Shown one piece after another: positions 1 through 12,555 of a DNA stretch of 64,000 nucleotides (positions within the stretch are counted from its first letter, which is position 1; each line of letters opens with the position of its first letter). Source of the stretch: Guillardia theta CCMP2712 (Eukaryota; Protista; Cryptophyta); the NCBI RefSeq assembly GCF_000315625.1, contig NW_005434621.1, forward strand, positions 419,539 to 483,538, given 5' to 3'. Under the pieces are notes generated by a model. That model was not told the DNA's origin, did not search any database, and saw nothing but the letters and a program-made list of their open reading frames with translations. The position numbers and the translations under genes are program-made.

Positions 1-20
1 GACAAGAGGGAGGGATCCTG

Positions 21-1331
21 ATGTGCAAGTACGCGTCTGCGGGCGACAAGCTGCAGATCCTGCGGATGCTGGCGAACGGCATCGAGATCAACGTGAGCAA
101 CTACGACTCGAGGACCGCCCTCCACCTGGCAGCGAGTCAGGGCAACACGGCAGTGGTGGAGTACCTGCTGGAGAAGAAGGCGGAGGTGAACGTCAAGGAC
201 AGGATGGGAGGAACGCCGCTCGCCGATGCGCTGCGCCATGGCCACGTGCAGATCCAGTCGCTGCTGAGGAGCGCTGGGGCTCAGCTGCTGGGGATGGACA
301 CGGCAGTCGCCATGTGCAACGCGGCGGCGGTAGGAGACGTGGACACGGTCCAGGCGCTGATCCGGAACGGAGCGAATCCGGACGCCGCGGACATGGACAA
401 GAGGACGGCACTTCATCTCGCTGCTTCCAACGGGGAGGTGACGGTCCTGGACTTCCTGCTGCGATGCACCGACCGCAACATCAACGTGAACCCTGTGGAC
501 GACCTCGGAGGAACGCCGCTGGAGGACGCCTACCGCCATGACCAGCCCGTCGCTATCGCCATGCTCGAGGCGGCCGGCGGGCTGCGCATGGGAGACTCGC
601 AGCTGCTGGCGATGGGGGAGCAGCAGAAGAAGGACGTGGAGGAGTTCCAGAAGAACGACAGGCTGCCGAGGGTGACGGAGCTGGTGGAGCAGAGCACCGA
701 GATGAAGATCCAGATCTGGGTGAGGGGGCGATGCGGCAAGCTGATCCCCAACAAGCTCAAGGTCATCGCGTCCTCGACGGAGCAGATGCTGATGGAGATG
801 AAGATGCTGATGGTGAAGGTGCAGCAGCTGTGGGACAACATCGACGATATCATGTCGGGGAAGGAGACCCCAGCTGACAAGGTGAAGGACATCAAGCCCA
901 CCCAGAGCTTCCTCTTCAGCCAGCTCAGCGGCAAGATCGAGCTGGAGGAGGTGCGGCAGATGGCCGTCAACTTCCTGCAGACCCTCTGGTCGTGGCACGA
1001 GCCGGTGAATCAGATGCTGGGCATCATGTCGGAAGACCTCCCCTCCAACCGCGTCGTCCGCCTCACCTCCGCCGAGTATCGCAGGCAAGCTGATCGCGTG
1101 CTGGAGCTTTTCAAGAGGCTGGTCGTGTCGACTCAATTCTTCGACCAGAACCTCCGAGAGATGCTCAAGGTACTCGACACTTCCTCCTGCTCCTTCCACC
1201 TGCCCTTCCCCCTGATCCTCCTGCTCTTCCTCCTGCAGTCCCCTGCCCCTGTTGCTCCTGCTCGTCTGACACCCCAGCAGGTACTCAACATCGTGATCGA
1301 TGACATGAATACCGTAACTGAGGAATACTAG
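21..1331 (+). CDS. Ankyrin-repeat protein, 3' part of a gene that probably starts upstream of the window
   Basis: Repeated ankyrin motifs: YDSRTALHLAASQG, DRMGGTPLADA, DMDKRTALHLAASNG, DDLGGTPLEDA. The frame is open from the window edge. Probable in-frame GT-AG intron at 1170-1280. Confidence 0.85.
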   Translation: MCKYASAGDKLQILRMLANGIEINVSNYDSRTALHLAASQGNTAVVEYLLEKKAEVNVKDRMGGTPLADALRHGHVQIQSLLRSAGAQLLGMDTAVAMCNAAAVGDVDTVQALIRNGANPDAADMDKRTALHLAASNGEVTVLDFLLRCTDRNINVNPVDDLGGTPLEDAYRHDQPVAIAMLEAAGGLRMGDSQLLAMGEQQKKDVEEFQKNDRLPRVTELVEQSTEMKIQIWVRGRCGKLIPNKLKVIASSTEQMLMEMKMLMVKVQQLWDNIDDIMSGKETPADKVKDIKPTQSFLFSQLSGKIELEEVRQMAVNFLQTLWSWHEPVNQMLGIMSEDLPSNRVVRLTSAEYRRQADRVLELFKRLVVSTQFFDQNLREMLKVLDTSSCSFHLPFPLILLLFLLQSPAPVAPARLTPQQVLNIVIDDMNTVTEEY

Positions 1332-1548
1332 CGCTCTCCTTGTACTCTATGGTGTATCATGTATGAAAGCATGTTCTTGTCTCATCGCTCTGCTCGAGGC
1401 ATGTAGAGGAACATCAAGGCAAACTCCCTCCATCGCTCGCACAGCTAGTGTTCTTGCAAGTCCAAGTGAAGCTTATCAGAGTTTCTCAGATTACAATTTA
1501 AGAGTCATGAACTAGTCGAGCAGCTTGAGGACTTCTGACCTCTGGCCC

Positions 1549-2813
1549 TCACATGGGAGGAGGAGGAGGCGGTTGCTGCAAACAGGAATCAGCCGTCCAG
1601 GAGCAAGAGGAGGAGCATGAGTATGGGAGCAATGGGGATGAGTGGGAGGGGGGAGAAAGCGAGAAGGAGGATCAGTACCGGAGGAGCCGCTCCGGGAGGA
1701 AGTGGCGGGCCAGTCTCCCTCTTACCCCTGAAGTGGATCTGATTGGGATGTGAGTCAGGGCAGGCAGCAAGGACTCAGCTGGGGTCTACCTGCATGGTGA
1801 AGGTCTTGGTGTCAAAGTCCCAGTTGGTGAAGAATTTGCTGGGGGAGTTGTCAATCTCTTGGTTGGGAACCTGAGCGAGTCATGAGCAGGGCTGGAAGGA
1901 AGAGGACTCATAACCTTGAACGCGATCGTCTCGTACGGGTCCGCCGCCACCAGGATGTACTGGTAGTTCTTGTCCGCCGGCTCCACTCGCTGCTCGTAGG
2001 CAGACATGAAGCGGTGTCGCGGCTGCGGGAGTCTGAGCGATTCAGAGGAGGAGAGGAGGAGTCTGAACCTGCAGTCCCTGCTCGATCTCGGGGTAGTCAA
2101 TGAGGAACAGGAGGGATCGCTGTCCTGTTTCCGGATCCCGCTGCTTCGTCACTCTGCAGCCTTCACGTCAGCTCCTTCCACACCAACACACAACAACCAA
2201 CCTGTAGCCGGGACGACCGATCTTCGCTGACTTCCTTTGCACCTTCTGCATGAAAGGGATCATGACTGGCGACACGACATCTGCTCAAACCATCTCCTTG
2301 GGTGCGGCTGGCTGAAACCCGAGCCCCTGCTCATAGGCGTCCTTGGCCAACCTTCTGGCGATGTTCTGCTGATGCCTCTTGCCTTGAGTGTGCGCCAGGT
2401 AGTTTCCTTGCAGGACGTCACCACACCAACACCGCACGGCCAGCAAGCACACCTTCATTCGTGTGGATCGTCAGGCAGAGCTTGCACTCGTAAGTTCCAA
2501 GGTGGTTCTTCATGAAGTAGGGATCCTATGGATTGGACACCTTCAGTTGTCGTTCAGTTAGCCTGCTCCCACTCACCCTGTTCAGGTCGATCGTCTCGAG
2601 CGCAAGCTTACGCAGGCGCTCTCGTCGCATCTGATTCTCCTGCGGACAAACTTGTCAGACCCTTCCCGCTGTCGCAAAGGACTTCAGACCTGACTCTCCG
2701 ATGACTGACGGCCGGACCCCGTCTTACCTCCCCTCCCCATCATATCCGCATCTGTCACAACCACCTCAGTCTTCACATTATAGTTTGCAACGGAGGTCAC
2801 CTGAGAAACCCAT
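1549..2813 (-). CDS. SF3A2: Splicing factor 3A subunit 2 (SAP62/Prp11), multi-exon
   Basis: Exons read MGRGGKTGSG, RRERLRKLALETIDLN, DPYFMKNHLGTYECKLCLTIHTNEG, NYLAHTQGKRHQ and PRHRFMSAYEQRVEPADKNYQYILVAADPYETIAFK. Pro-rich end PPPPPM* at 1549. The start is inferred from manual splicing. Confidence 0.93.
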
Positions 2814-3751
2814 CTTGGTCTGTCAATGGCCTATACGTAGCGTTAGGATGATTAAAGCAGAGCAGGAAAAGTTGAATCAAAAGTGATATCTCTCTATCGA
2901 TTGGTTCATACCCTGAAGATCTTTTCCCTCGAGATTTCAATGCACAATTCCTACATTTCCTTTTTCTCCTCGCTTGCTTATGCCTTGTTTCTTCTCTCCC
3001 CTTCCCTCAATTCTCCCTCCTCCCCATGTAACCCTCAATTCTTCTTGATCCAGAACGCTTCCCTCCATTTCTCTTCATAGCCTCCCCTTACTTCTGCCAT
3101 TTTTGTCTTTCCTCTCCTCTCCCCTCCCCTACTTCCTCCCCTCCCTCTCTCTTCCTCTCCCTCCTTCTCCCCTCTCCCTCCCTCCCTCTCCCTCCCTCTC
3201 CCTCCCTCTCCCCTCCCTCCCTCTCCCCTTCCTCTTCATGGATTGCTGTTCTTCTCTCCCCTCCTCCTTCCCGCATGCTCCTCTCATCGCCGCTGCGCGG
3301 TCCCTCGAGCGAAACGGAAATAACCGATAGTGTATGAGGGCGATGATCCTTATCACCAATGGGCCGGACTCCGATGATCGGACCGGGCCGCCCGGCGGCC
3401 CGGCCGAGTGATGACGATAGTAGTACCGCCGCTGGTCAGCCTGGCCCCAGTGGTACTGGTAGGCTGGGACTCCGAGGCTCAGTGACATTCAGTGTCCCCG
3501 GGGGGGGGGGGGGGCGGTGACCAGTGATTTAAGCCTCCGCGAATAGAAACTTCTCTTTTATTGACTGAAAAAGAAAGGCAAACCGGAGCAAACAAGGGAG
3601 GACGAGAATAAAGCCTACGGAACCCGCCTCAATAAAATACTACTCCCGAAACGAAGGACTTCCGACACAGGCTCGGACTTCACTGCTGAGCTTCACTGGG
3701 GATGATTAAAAGGGATGAGCGGGGACGAGGGCACAAATCGCACGTGCCGTC

Positions 3752-5130
3752 ATGGCGACAGGTGAAGGAGCAAGTGGTGGTGATGGTGATGAAGGGGAGG
3801 AGGAGGAGGATGAGGATGAGGAGGAGGAGGAGGAGGAGGAGGGGAGAGAAGCGGGGTACAGGGAGAGGGGGGCGGGGGGAAAGATGGAGGGGACAAGAGG
3901 CAGCAAGACCGGGCAGGACCCGGCAGGAGAGAGGGGAATGTAGAACGAGGGCATGGAGTGTTGGAGAGGAGAGTTGGAGTGAGACAGGGGAAGGAAAGGA
4001 TCAATCCAAACTGACGTGTAATCAGGACGCGAGCGGTCAAGAGTATTGGAGGGTTTCCGAGCCATCGGGGTGGTGACGCTTCCTCAGAGGTGAGTCAGAA
4101 CAAGCATTGAGGAGCTCTGAGAGGGGATGGCAGGGCTGTGATCAACAAGTTGGGCACGGAGAACTTTGTGACGACATGCGTGAAGAGAGGGTTTCAGGTG
4201 TTCGATTGCAACAGACTTCGTCTCCTCTTCGTTTCTTCACCCGCCACCCCGAGGAGCATCAAGGCTTTGGAGGTCTACAAGTAAGGGCATCAACAGCACA
4301 CGTTAGTCGCTCTAACCTCCCCGCAGAGATCTCACGTTTGCTGCCTGCGGGCCTATTGTGCATGTGTTCAAGCGCGGAAAAGAGATCGCCCAGCTGAAGC
4401 GGCAGCAGGGGAACGTCAAGCTGCTCTTGGTCGTGGGGGAGATTCTCTTCACCTACAGCTCGGACGGGACGATCGCGAGCTTCGATGTCAACACGCACGA
4501 GGAGATCTCCTCCTACAGCCTCGTCGAGGACGGTCTTGTCGCCTCCACCACCCAAGCGACCTCTTGGATCCACCCTCACACGTACCTGAACAAGCTGCTC
4601 ATCGGCTTCGATGACGGCAGTCTGCTGCTGGTGAATGTGAACAGCAAGAAGCTGGTCCATCAGTTCAAGAGCTTGGTGACCCTCCTCCCACCTCTGCTGC
4701 CTCCTCACTCACTCTGACCGCCAGGAATCGACCGTGACGTGCTTGAGCCAGTCGCCCGCAGTGGATGTGGTTGGTGTCGGGCTAGCGGACGGGAGGATTC
4801 TGCTGAGGAACATCAAATTCGACGAGACGCTGATGGAGTTGGAGCAAGCAGACGGGTCGGTGAACGACCTCTCCTTCCGCACAGACTTCACCTCCATCCT
4901 CTCCTCCTGCAGCCCCTCCGGCGCCATCCACATCTGGAACCTCGAGAAGCAGCAGCTCGTCGCCAGCCTGCCTCAGGCGCATGATGGTGCCGTACAGACG
5001 TGCAGATTCCTGAGCGGAGAGCCTCTTCTCCTCACTACAGGCGCAGACAACGCGCTGAAAGTGAGTTTGACCTCTCGCCCTCCTCGTCCTCGCCCTCGCC
5101 CTCCTCGCCCTCGTCCTCCTCGCTGTTGCT

Positions 5131-5169
<39 letters not shown>

Positions 5170-5495
5170 ATTGCTCTTGCCCTCGTCCTCCTTATCCTCG
5201 TCTCCCTCCTCTTTCCTCGTCTCCCTGCAACTTCTTGTCCTGCACTTCTTGCTCCCTCCCTGAAGCCTGCATCTCTGACTCCTCTATCCCCCTACCGTCC
5301 GATGCTTCAAGAAGCGCGTTCACATGCTTCAGGTGTGGATCTTTGACCAAGAGGACGGCTCTGCTCGCCTCCTCCGCTGCAGGAACGGACATTGCGAACC
5401 ACCTTCGAGAGTGAGGTTCTACAGGTAATTTGCTGCTGCTGCTGCTGCTCCTCCTCCTCCTCCCCCCCCCCCCCCTGCTCCTCCTGCTGCTCCTG

Positions 5496-5531
<36 letters not shown>

Positions 5532-6146
5532 TTACCCTCTCGCTCCCTTCTCTATTCTTTGACGCCTCGTGTCGTCAGCCCTCACACCATCCTCTCCGCC
5601 GGCTACGACCGGAGCTTCCGAGTCTTCTGCACCATCCAAGACCAGCAGAGCCGCGAACTGTCGCAGGTGGGAAGTAGCTGGAGCAGCACGGAGCTGACCT
5701 TGAGCTCAGGGCCACGTGGCCAAGAAGGCAAGGAAGCTGGACATCAAGGAGGAGAAGCTGAAGCTGCCGCCGGTCGTTGACTTCGCCTTCTCCTCCATGA
5801 GAGAGAACGACTGGGCCAACATCATCACCTCCCACCACGACACCAACGCAGCCTACACTTGGAGGTCCCTCCCCCTCCTCCTGCTCTTCCTTCTGCTGCT
5901 GCTGCTGCTCCTCCTCCTCCTCTTTCTCCTGCTGCCCCTGCTGCCTCTGCCGCCTCTGCTGCTGCTGCCATCGCTGCCGCGTCTGCTTCCTCTGTTGCTG
6001 CTGCTCCGTCTTCCTATCCTCTTTCACTCTTCCCATTCTCATTTCTCCCGTTTTCTTCGGTCTCTCATGGTGCTGCCTCAGGTACAAAGCCAACGCTATC
6101 GGCGAGCACGTGCTCAAGCCTCCCCCTATGGATAAGGTGTGTGCCA

Positions 6147-6184
<38 letters not shown>

Positions 6185-9100
6185 CCTCGTCCTCCTCGTC
6201 CTCCTGCCCTTTGCCTGGTGTTTGTCCTCTGCTTCACCTCCTTGCGATGTCTTCATCTGGTTTTGCTCGTCATGCGTCTTCTCACTCGATCGGTCAGAAT
6301 GCGCTGGATGCGGATGCTCGGGGAGAGCCCTTCCTGCCTCCTGATCCTCTCGCAGTGAGAGGTCGGGTTCCCGGCCAGGTGACTTAAGGAGGCAGAAAAC
6401 GATGGCGCTGGTGCTGGTGCTGATGCGATGATTATGATGATGATGATTATGATGATGATGATAAACTAGAGGAGTGGACTATTCAAGTTGATGGATGCGA
6501 TGCAGATTGCTGAGGTGGAGGAGAAGCGAAGGAAACGAGGAGGACAAGCAAGTCACGAGACAACCCTGGCCAAGTCAGTCTGCATTTCCCCTTGTGGAAA
6601 CTACGGTGAATCTGCTCCTTCCCCCCTCTCTTCTCTCCCCCCCCCCCTCTTCCTTCCTCCTCTTCCTCCCTCTTCAGCTCCTCCTCTTCTCTCCTCTCTC
6701 CACCTGGTCCACCTCCTCTACTGACGATTACAACAAGGAATCGTCGGCTACTCTTGCGGTCGCATCGACAAGTACAACATGCAGTCCGGCAAGCACAGAG
6801 GCACTTTCTGGTAACTCTCGCTCCTCCCTGCTCCTCCTCCCCTGCTCCTTCCTCCCTTCCCTTCCTCCCTCCTCCCGCCTTCACCTGTCTTGCATCATCT
6901 TTCTGCTATTTCCATTTGCTCCTTCCGCTTCTCTTTCTGAAAGTCCTCGCAGGGCGTATCCTCCTCTCGGTCACTCCTCCTCCATCTTCGGTCTTGCCAT
7001 GTCAGGTACATACCTGCTGGTGCTGGTGCTGGTGGTGCTGGTGGTGCTGGTGCTGGTGCTGGTGCTGGTGGTGCTGGTGCTCCTCCTCCTGCTCCTCCTC
7101 CTTTTCCTGTCATAATCTTTGTTCTGTAGGTCTGGGAGATGAGCTTGTAAGCGGAAGTTTCGATGGGACCGTGAAGGTGAGGAGGGAGGAAGAGGAAGAG
7201 AATCAGAGGAGGAGGAGGAGGAGGAGAATCAGAGGAGGAGGAGGAGGAGGAGAATCAGAGGAGGAGGAGGAGGAGGAGAATCAGAGGAGGAGGAGGAGGA
7301 GGAGGAAAGGCTGAGGGGCTGAGTAGGTGTGGGACTTTGACAAAAGGAAGCTACTCCATACCTTCGACATCGGATCTCCAGTAAACCAGGTCACCCCCAA
7401 CAAAATTGAAAATATCGCACATTTCCATCCTCCTATTCTCCTCTCCCCACCTCGTCTTCGTCCTCGTTCTTCTTCGTTACCTTCTTACATCTCCTTCTCA
7501 CCCCCCGCCCCCTTCCCTCATCTCCTCTTCCCCTCCCTCCCTCCCTTCCTCTCCTTCTCTCGCTTCAGTCCTTTACTTTCTGCAGCTCTACATGAACACC
7601 GAGAACTCTCTGCTTGCTGTCACTTCGGACGACCTGCAGGTAGCAGCTAGGAGTAGGAGGGAGGAGGGGGAGTAGGAGGGAGGAGGAGGAGGGGGAGAAG
7701 AGGGAGGAGAGTGAAAGGAGGAGACAGTGAAGATTGACACGAGAATGTTCAGNNNNNNNNNNNNNNNNNNNNNNNNNNNNNNNNNNNNNNNNNNNNNNNN
7801 NNNNNNNNNNNNNNNNNNNNNNNNNNNNNNNNNNNNNNNNNNNNNNNNNNNNGTGTGGAGTTGGGGATGTATCACAGATCTCTGCATGAGCTCGGATGGT
7901 CGCTGGCTTATTTCAGCGTCTGCAGGTTAAACCCTCTCTTCCCCTCCCCTCCCCTCCCTTCTCTCCTCCTGTCTCTTTCCCTCCTCCTTCTCCTCCTCCT
8001 TCTCCTCTCCTGTTCTTCTCGCCTCTCATTGTTCTCCTTCACTAGATTGCACCATGAAGATCTTTGATATCCCAACCTCAAGACTCATCGACTGGGTTCG
8101 TTTTGACAAGGCAGTCACCGGCGTCAGGTCTCCTCCCTCCCTCCCTCCACCCCCCCCTCTCTCTCCCTCTCCCTCTCCCTCTCTCTCTCCCTCTNNNNNN
8201 NNNNNNNNNNNNNNNNNNNNNNNNNNNNNNNNNNNNNNNNNNNNNNNNNNNNNNNNNNNNNNNNNNNNNNNNNNNNNNNNNNNNNNNNNNNNNNCTCCTC
8301 CTTCGCTTCTGCCAAACTTCTCCTTCTGTTTCCTCGTTTCCTCTACTGCTTCCCTGATACTCTTGTTGCAGCATGTCTCCCTCTGGCGATTTTGTCTGTA
8401 CAACACACTCAGGTACCGTCTCAAAGGAGGAGGACGAGGAGGAGAGGAGGAGAGGAGGAGAGGAGGAGAGGGCAGGAGAGGAGGAGAGGAGGAGCTGAGC
8501 TTTCTCCAGACTCGGTCGGTCTGTATCTCTGGGCTAATCGGACTCACTTCGCCAACGTCTTCCTCGGCGCTTCAAGCCCTTCACATGCTGTCGACTTGTC
8601 CCTCCCTCCTCCGCCGGCCCTCTTGCGGACATCGCGGTGAGCTCCTACTCCTTCTCTCCCTTCTCGTCCTCGTCCTCTTTCTCCTCTTCCTTCTCGTCCT
8701 CGTCCTCGTTCTCTGACGAGCTTGCAGGATGACACAGAGGAGGCAGCGGCAGGACCGGCCATGCTCCCCATCACTGAGCAGCTTCTTCCTGAGCTTATAA
8801 CCTTCTCGACTGTTCCACGTCCTAGGTGAGAATGCTCCTCCTCTTTCCTTTGCCCCCCCCTCACCCGTTTTCCTCAAATACACACCTTTCTCTTCCTCCT
8901 CTCATCTTCTTCCTTCCTCATTCCTCCTCCTCCTCCTCCTCCTCCTCCTCCTCCTCCTCCTCTCCCTCATCATCTGATCTGATCTGATCTCCTCCTAGGT
9001 GGCAGATTCTTGCCAACCTAGACACCATCAAGGCTCGTAACAAACCTCTAGAGCCTCCGCAAGCCCCCCAGCAGGTTCCCAGCTGCCGCTACTGTCGCAG

Positions 9101-9946
9101 GTGACGGTCTTGACAGGCTCCCTTCTTCCTTCCGACGCTTCCCGGGCTGGAGCCGAAGTTCGTTCCCAACGAGGAAGAGCGAGAGGAGGAGGAGAGCAAG
9201 AACTCGAAGATCATTCACCTCTCCGAGCTGCGACCCAGCACCAAGTTCATCAAGCTCCTAAGGCAAGCGCTGCATCTAGCTCCTGCTCCTCCTCCTCCCG
9301 CCCTGCTCTTCACCTTCCCTCCTCCTGCATTGCTACTCCTCATCTTCCTCTACCTCCTCCGCTTCCTCCTCCTGCTCTTCGACTTCATCCTCCTCCTCTT
9401 CCTCCGCTTTCCTGACTCCTGGTCGTTGATAGGAAGTGCCGTATCGCCCAGCACGCCTCCTTCTCGGACTGTGTGCGGCACCTCTCGGAGCTCTCGCCTG
9501 CTCAGGTGGATCTCGAGATCAGGTCCAGTCGCCCCCCAGCTGTTGTTGTCCCTCACAGCTGTCGTCAGGTCTCTAAGCCCCTCGCTGGATGAAGATGGCG
9601 AGCTTGCGCTCTTTCTCGACATGCTCATCGGTGAGTGAGGGAGGAGGAGGAGGAGGAGGAGGAGGAGGAGGAGGAGGAGGAGGAGGAGGAGGAGGAGGAG
9701 GAGGAGGAGGAGGAGGAGGAGGAGGAGGAGGAGGAGGAGGNNNNNNNNNNNNNNNNNNNNNNNNNNNNNNNNNNNNNNNNNNNNNNNNNNNNNNNNNNNN
9801 NNNNNNNNNNNNNNNNNNNNNNNNNNNNNNNNNNNNNNNNCTGCTCCTGCTCCTTTCTCGCTCCTCCTCTCCTCCTTCCCTTGACCCCTCTCCTTGGCCT
9901 CCACGCCTAAGATCCTGCTCCTGCTCCTCCTGCTCCTGCTCCTGCT

Positions 9947-9982
<36 letters not shown>

Positions 9983-10234
9983 CCTGCTCCTGCTCCTGCT
10001 CCTGCTCCTCCTGCCCCTGCTCCAACTCCTTGTACCGCCTCTGCTTCTTCTCTTTGACTTTCTCTAGGCTCGAGAGGCTGCGAGACCTCGAGCGGCGAAT
10101 GTGGCTGAAGCTCAAGGTTGAGTCCTTCCCTCTTGTCCCGTCCTGCTCGTCCTCGCCCATTGCTACTCATCTTCTTGCAGGACAAACTGCAGAAAGTTCT
10201 CTGCCTCGTCGGCGCCTTCGCGCACATGCAGTGA
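3752..10234 (+). CDS. WDR36: WD-repeat protein 36 / U3 snoRNP Utp21, many exons, introns filled with microsatellites, three gaps
   Basis: Exon peptides: FRAIGVV, HPHTYLNKLLIGFDDGSLLLVNV, QSPAVDVVGVGLADGRILLRNIKFDETLM, GEPLLLTTGADNALK, ILSAGYDRSFR, QSRELSQ, ITDLCMSSDGRWLISAS, NLDTIKARNKP. Ends DKLQKVLCLVGAFAHMQ*. Start codon uncertain. Confidence 0.9.
9640..9740. repeat. (GGA)n microsatellite in a WDR36 intron, running into an assembly gap
   Basis: Perfect GGA run. Many similar CTC/CTG/GGA tracts occur in the WDR36 and ZGRF1 introns. Confidence 0.95.
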
Positions 10235-10445
10235 ACTCTTGTACTTGAATGTAAATATATTTCTCTCCCGCTTCTTCAGTTTATCTTTTGTCTTCTCCCT
10301 CCTCCCTCCTCCCTTCTCTTCCTACCCTACTCATATTCTCCTTCCGTCCCACATGTTCCAGGCAGGGCGGCAACTACACATGACAATCTGAGACTTTCTC
10401 CTTCTCTCCCTCTTGTTACATACAACTCGCAACCCTCTCCTCCTC

Positions 10446-12555
10446 TTACTCGTCCATGGGCTCCCCATCTAGAGGCTCTCCGTCCAACGGCTCTCCGTCC
10501 AATGGCTCTCCGTCCAACGGCTCCCCGTCCAACGGCTCCCCGTCCAACGGCTCTCCGTCCAATGGCTCTCCGTCCAATGGCTCTCCGTCCAACGGCTCTC
10601 CGTCCAACGGCTCTCCGTCCAATGGCTCCCCGTCGATCGCCTTATCCGCTTCTACTTTGCTGAGGCTCTCGGCCGCGTTCTTAGCTGGACCCTTGGCGGA
10701 GGGGTTGCCGAGGAAGGTATCCTCCAGCTCCTGGATCATCTCGTTGGGGTAGATGCACCAGACCTCCCACACCCGCAGCACACGCGACACCTTCTCCTTC
10801 ATCGCCTCTGCCGTCATCCTGCCAACGTCGGGTGACCTGAGCTTCTCTCCGAGAGCCTCGAAGATGTGCGGCATCGCCTTCTCGAAGCAGGTGCGGAACA
10901 AGGAAGCTTTCTTGACGGCGGCTGAGCTGTTGTGGAGGATGTCCGAGACGAGGAAGAGGCGAGCGATCTTGGTGGGAATCGGCGTCTTGAGGATGGTCAG
11001 CGACTGAGTGATGATGTCGACGATATCCTGAGCTGCCTCAGCTCGACGGATCGACCAGTACATGGCGTCTCCGATCTGCTCTCGCTCTGCCGACATGTTC
11101 CGAAGCATCGACTGGAGCTCCTCCACCTCACTGTCTGTCAGAGCAGCCCCGCTGTTGCCATGGCCAGGAGACCTCGACCGGCTGCGAGATTTCTTCCTCT
11201 CCAGGGGAGCAGGAGCAGACTCAAGGTCCCCAGGAGGCGTCCACACCACTCCTCCGAGAAACATCTGGAAGGGCATCCGGCGCCACTCAGTCAGCGAGTC
11301 GCCTTGAGCGAGCGAGAAGACTTTCCACTTGTAGTAGACCCCGTTCCGAGAGTCCAAGTCCCACAAGAACTCAAAGAGCGGGTTTTCTCTCTCTCGGTTC
11401 AGGATCGCCTTCTCAAACTCGTGGCCCTCCCTCACCACGTACTCCGCCATCTTGTCGATCATCTGCCGCACTTCGTTCGACTTTGGGAATCTCACCGTAA
11501 CCTCTCCCGTCCTCCTGAACATGACCGGCTCCTCCTTCTCGCCAGGCTTCATCGCGTAGCAGGGGACAGCTCCCTTTGACATTGCCTTCCCCCATCCTAT
11601 CTTCATCTCCAGACCGAAGAACTCCTTCCCGTTCAGACTGTCTTTGGCTGCCTCTGCACTCTTTCTGTCCATCATGTTCACAAAGCCACAGTTTCGCTGT
11701 CTCGATTTCTCCTCGTCCGTCCGAGGCCACATGATCTTGACAGACGCAATGGGCCCGTACTTCCCAAACTCCTTCATCAGCATCTCCTCAGAGATCTGAA
11801 GCGCTGTCAGCCCAGCATCGCTCGGTCACAAGTACCTGAGGATGAAGGTTGCCAACGTATAGGTTCGTTGTGTTTTCATCTCCATCATCAAACGAACCCT
11901 GCGGCATGTCCTTGTCCCGGAAGTGCGAGGCGATCAGTTCCTCAGTCTTCTGCGCCTGCGAACTATCACTCCTCCTCCTCCTCCTCCTCCTCCTCCTCCT
12001 CCTCCTCCTCTTGCACCTTTGATGCCGGAGTGGTTCCTCGCAGTTCCTTCATCAGCTCTTCGATTCCTCGCTTCTTGTTCTGGGCCTTGTTGATTCCCTG
12101 CCTACTGGTGAGCTGCCTAACACATTGAGGTACAGGAGTTTCACTTTGATCTCCGTCGGTGACTTCTTGGAGTCGAAAGTCTGCTTCTCCTCGCGATAGG
12201 TCTCATGCTTTGGCACCATGCTGTAAACCTCTCCCGGTCTGACTTGCATGCCCGCATTCCCACCCAGCGGGTTCGACCCTTTCTGAACCACCTCACCTCT
12301 AACGAAGCCCTTGGGCTTTGCCGCTCCATCAGTCTCGAAAGAGGCGACGAAATCTTCGAAGACCTTGGCGGCTTCCTCTTCTTCCTGCCTCTTCCTTGCC
12401 TCTTGCTCTTCCTTGTGCTTTTGGAAACGGGACTTGGTTTGATTGCCGATTTGGAATCCCTTTATTTTGTCTTGGGTGATGGAATCTTTGGATCCTTTGG
12501 CGAGCTTTGAGCTATCCAGCCCCCACGGCAGCTCTGGTTTCTCATCATCCTTCAT
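10446..12555 (-). CDS. U2SURP: U2 snRNP-associated SURP protein (SR140): RRM, SURP and CID domains
   Basis: RRM: TTNLYVGNL..., FGKYGPIASVKIMWPRTDEEK..RNCGFV. SURP: IDKMAEYVVREGHEFEKAI, YYKWKVFSLAQGD. CID: KIARLFLVSDILHNSS. N-terminal FEDFVASFE. Start approximate. Confidence 0.93.
10455..10634 (-). repeat. 12 x 15-bp coding tandem repeat encoding (DGEPL)11-DGEPM
   Basis: Units such as caacggctctccgtc counted directly. Variation between units is almost all synonymous. Confidence 0.95.

Noticed and set aside
3088-10248. Many ORFs of poly-L/E/P/G/S, and ORFs running through N gaps
   Set aside because: They are translations of intronic microsatellites or gaps, not genes.
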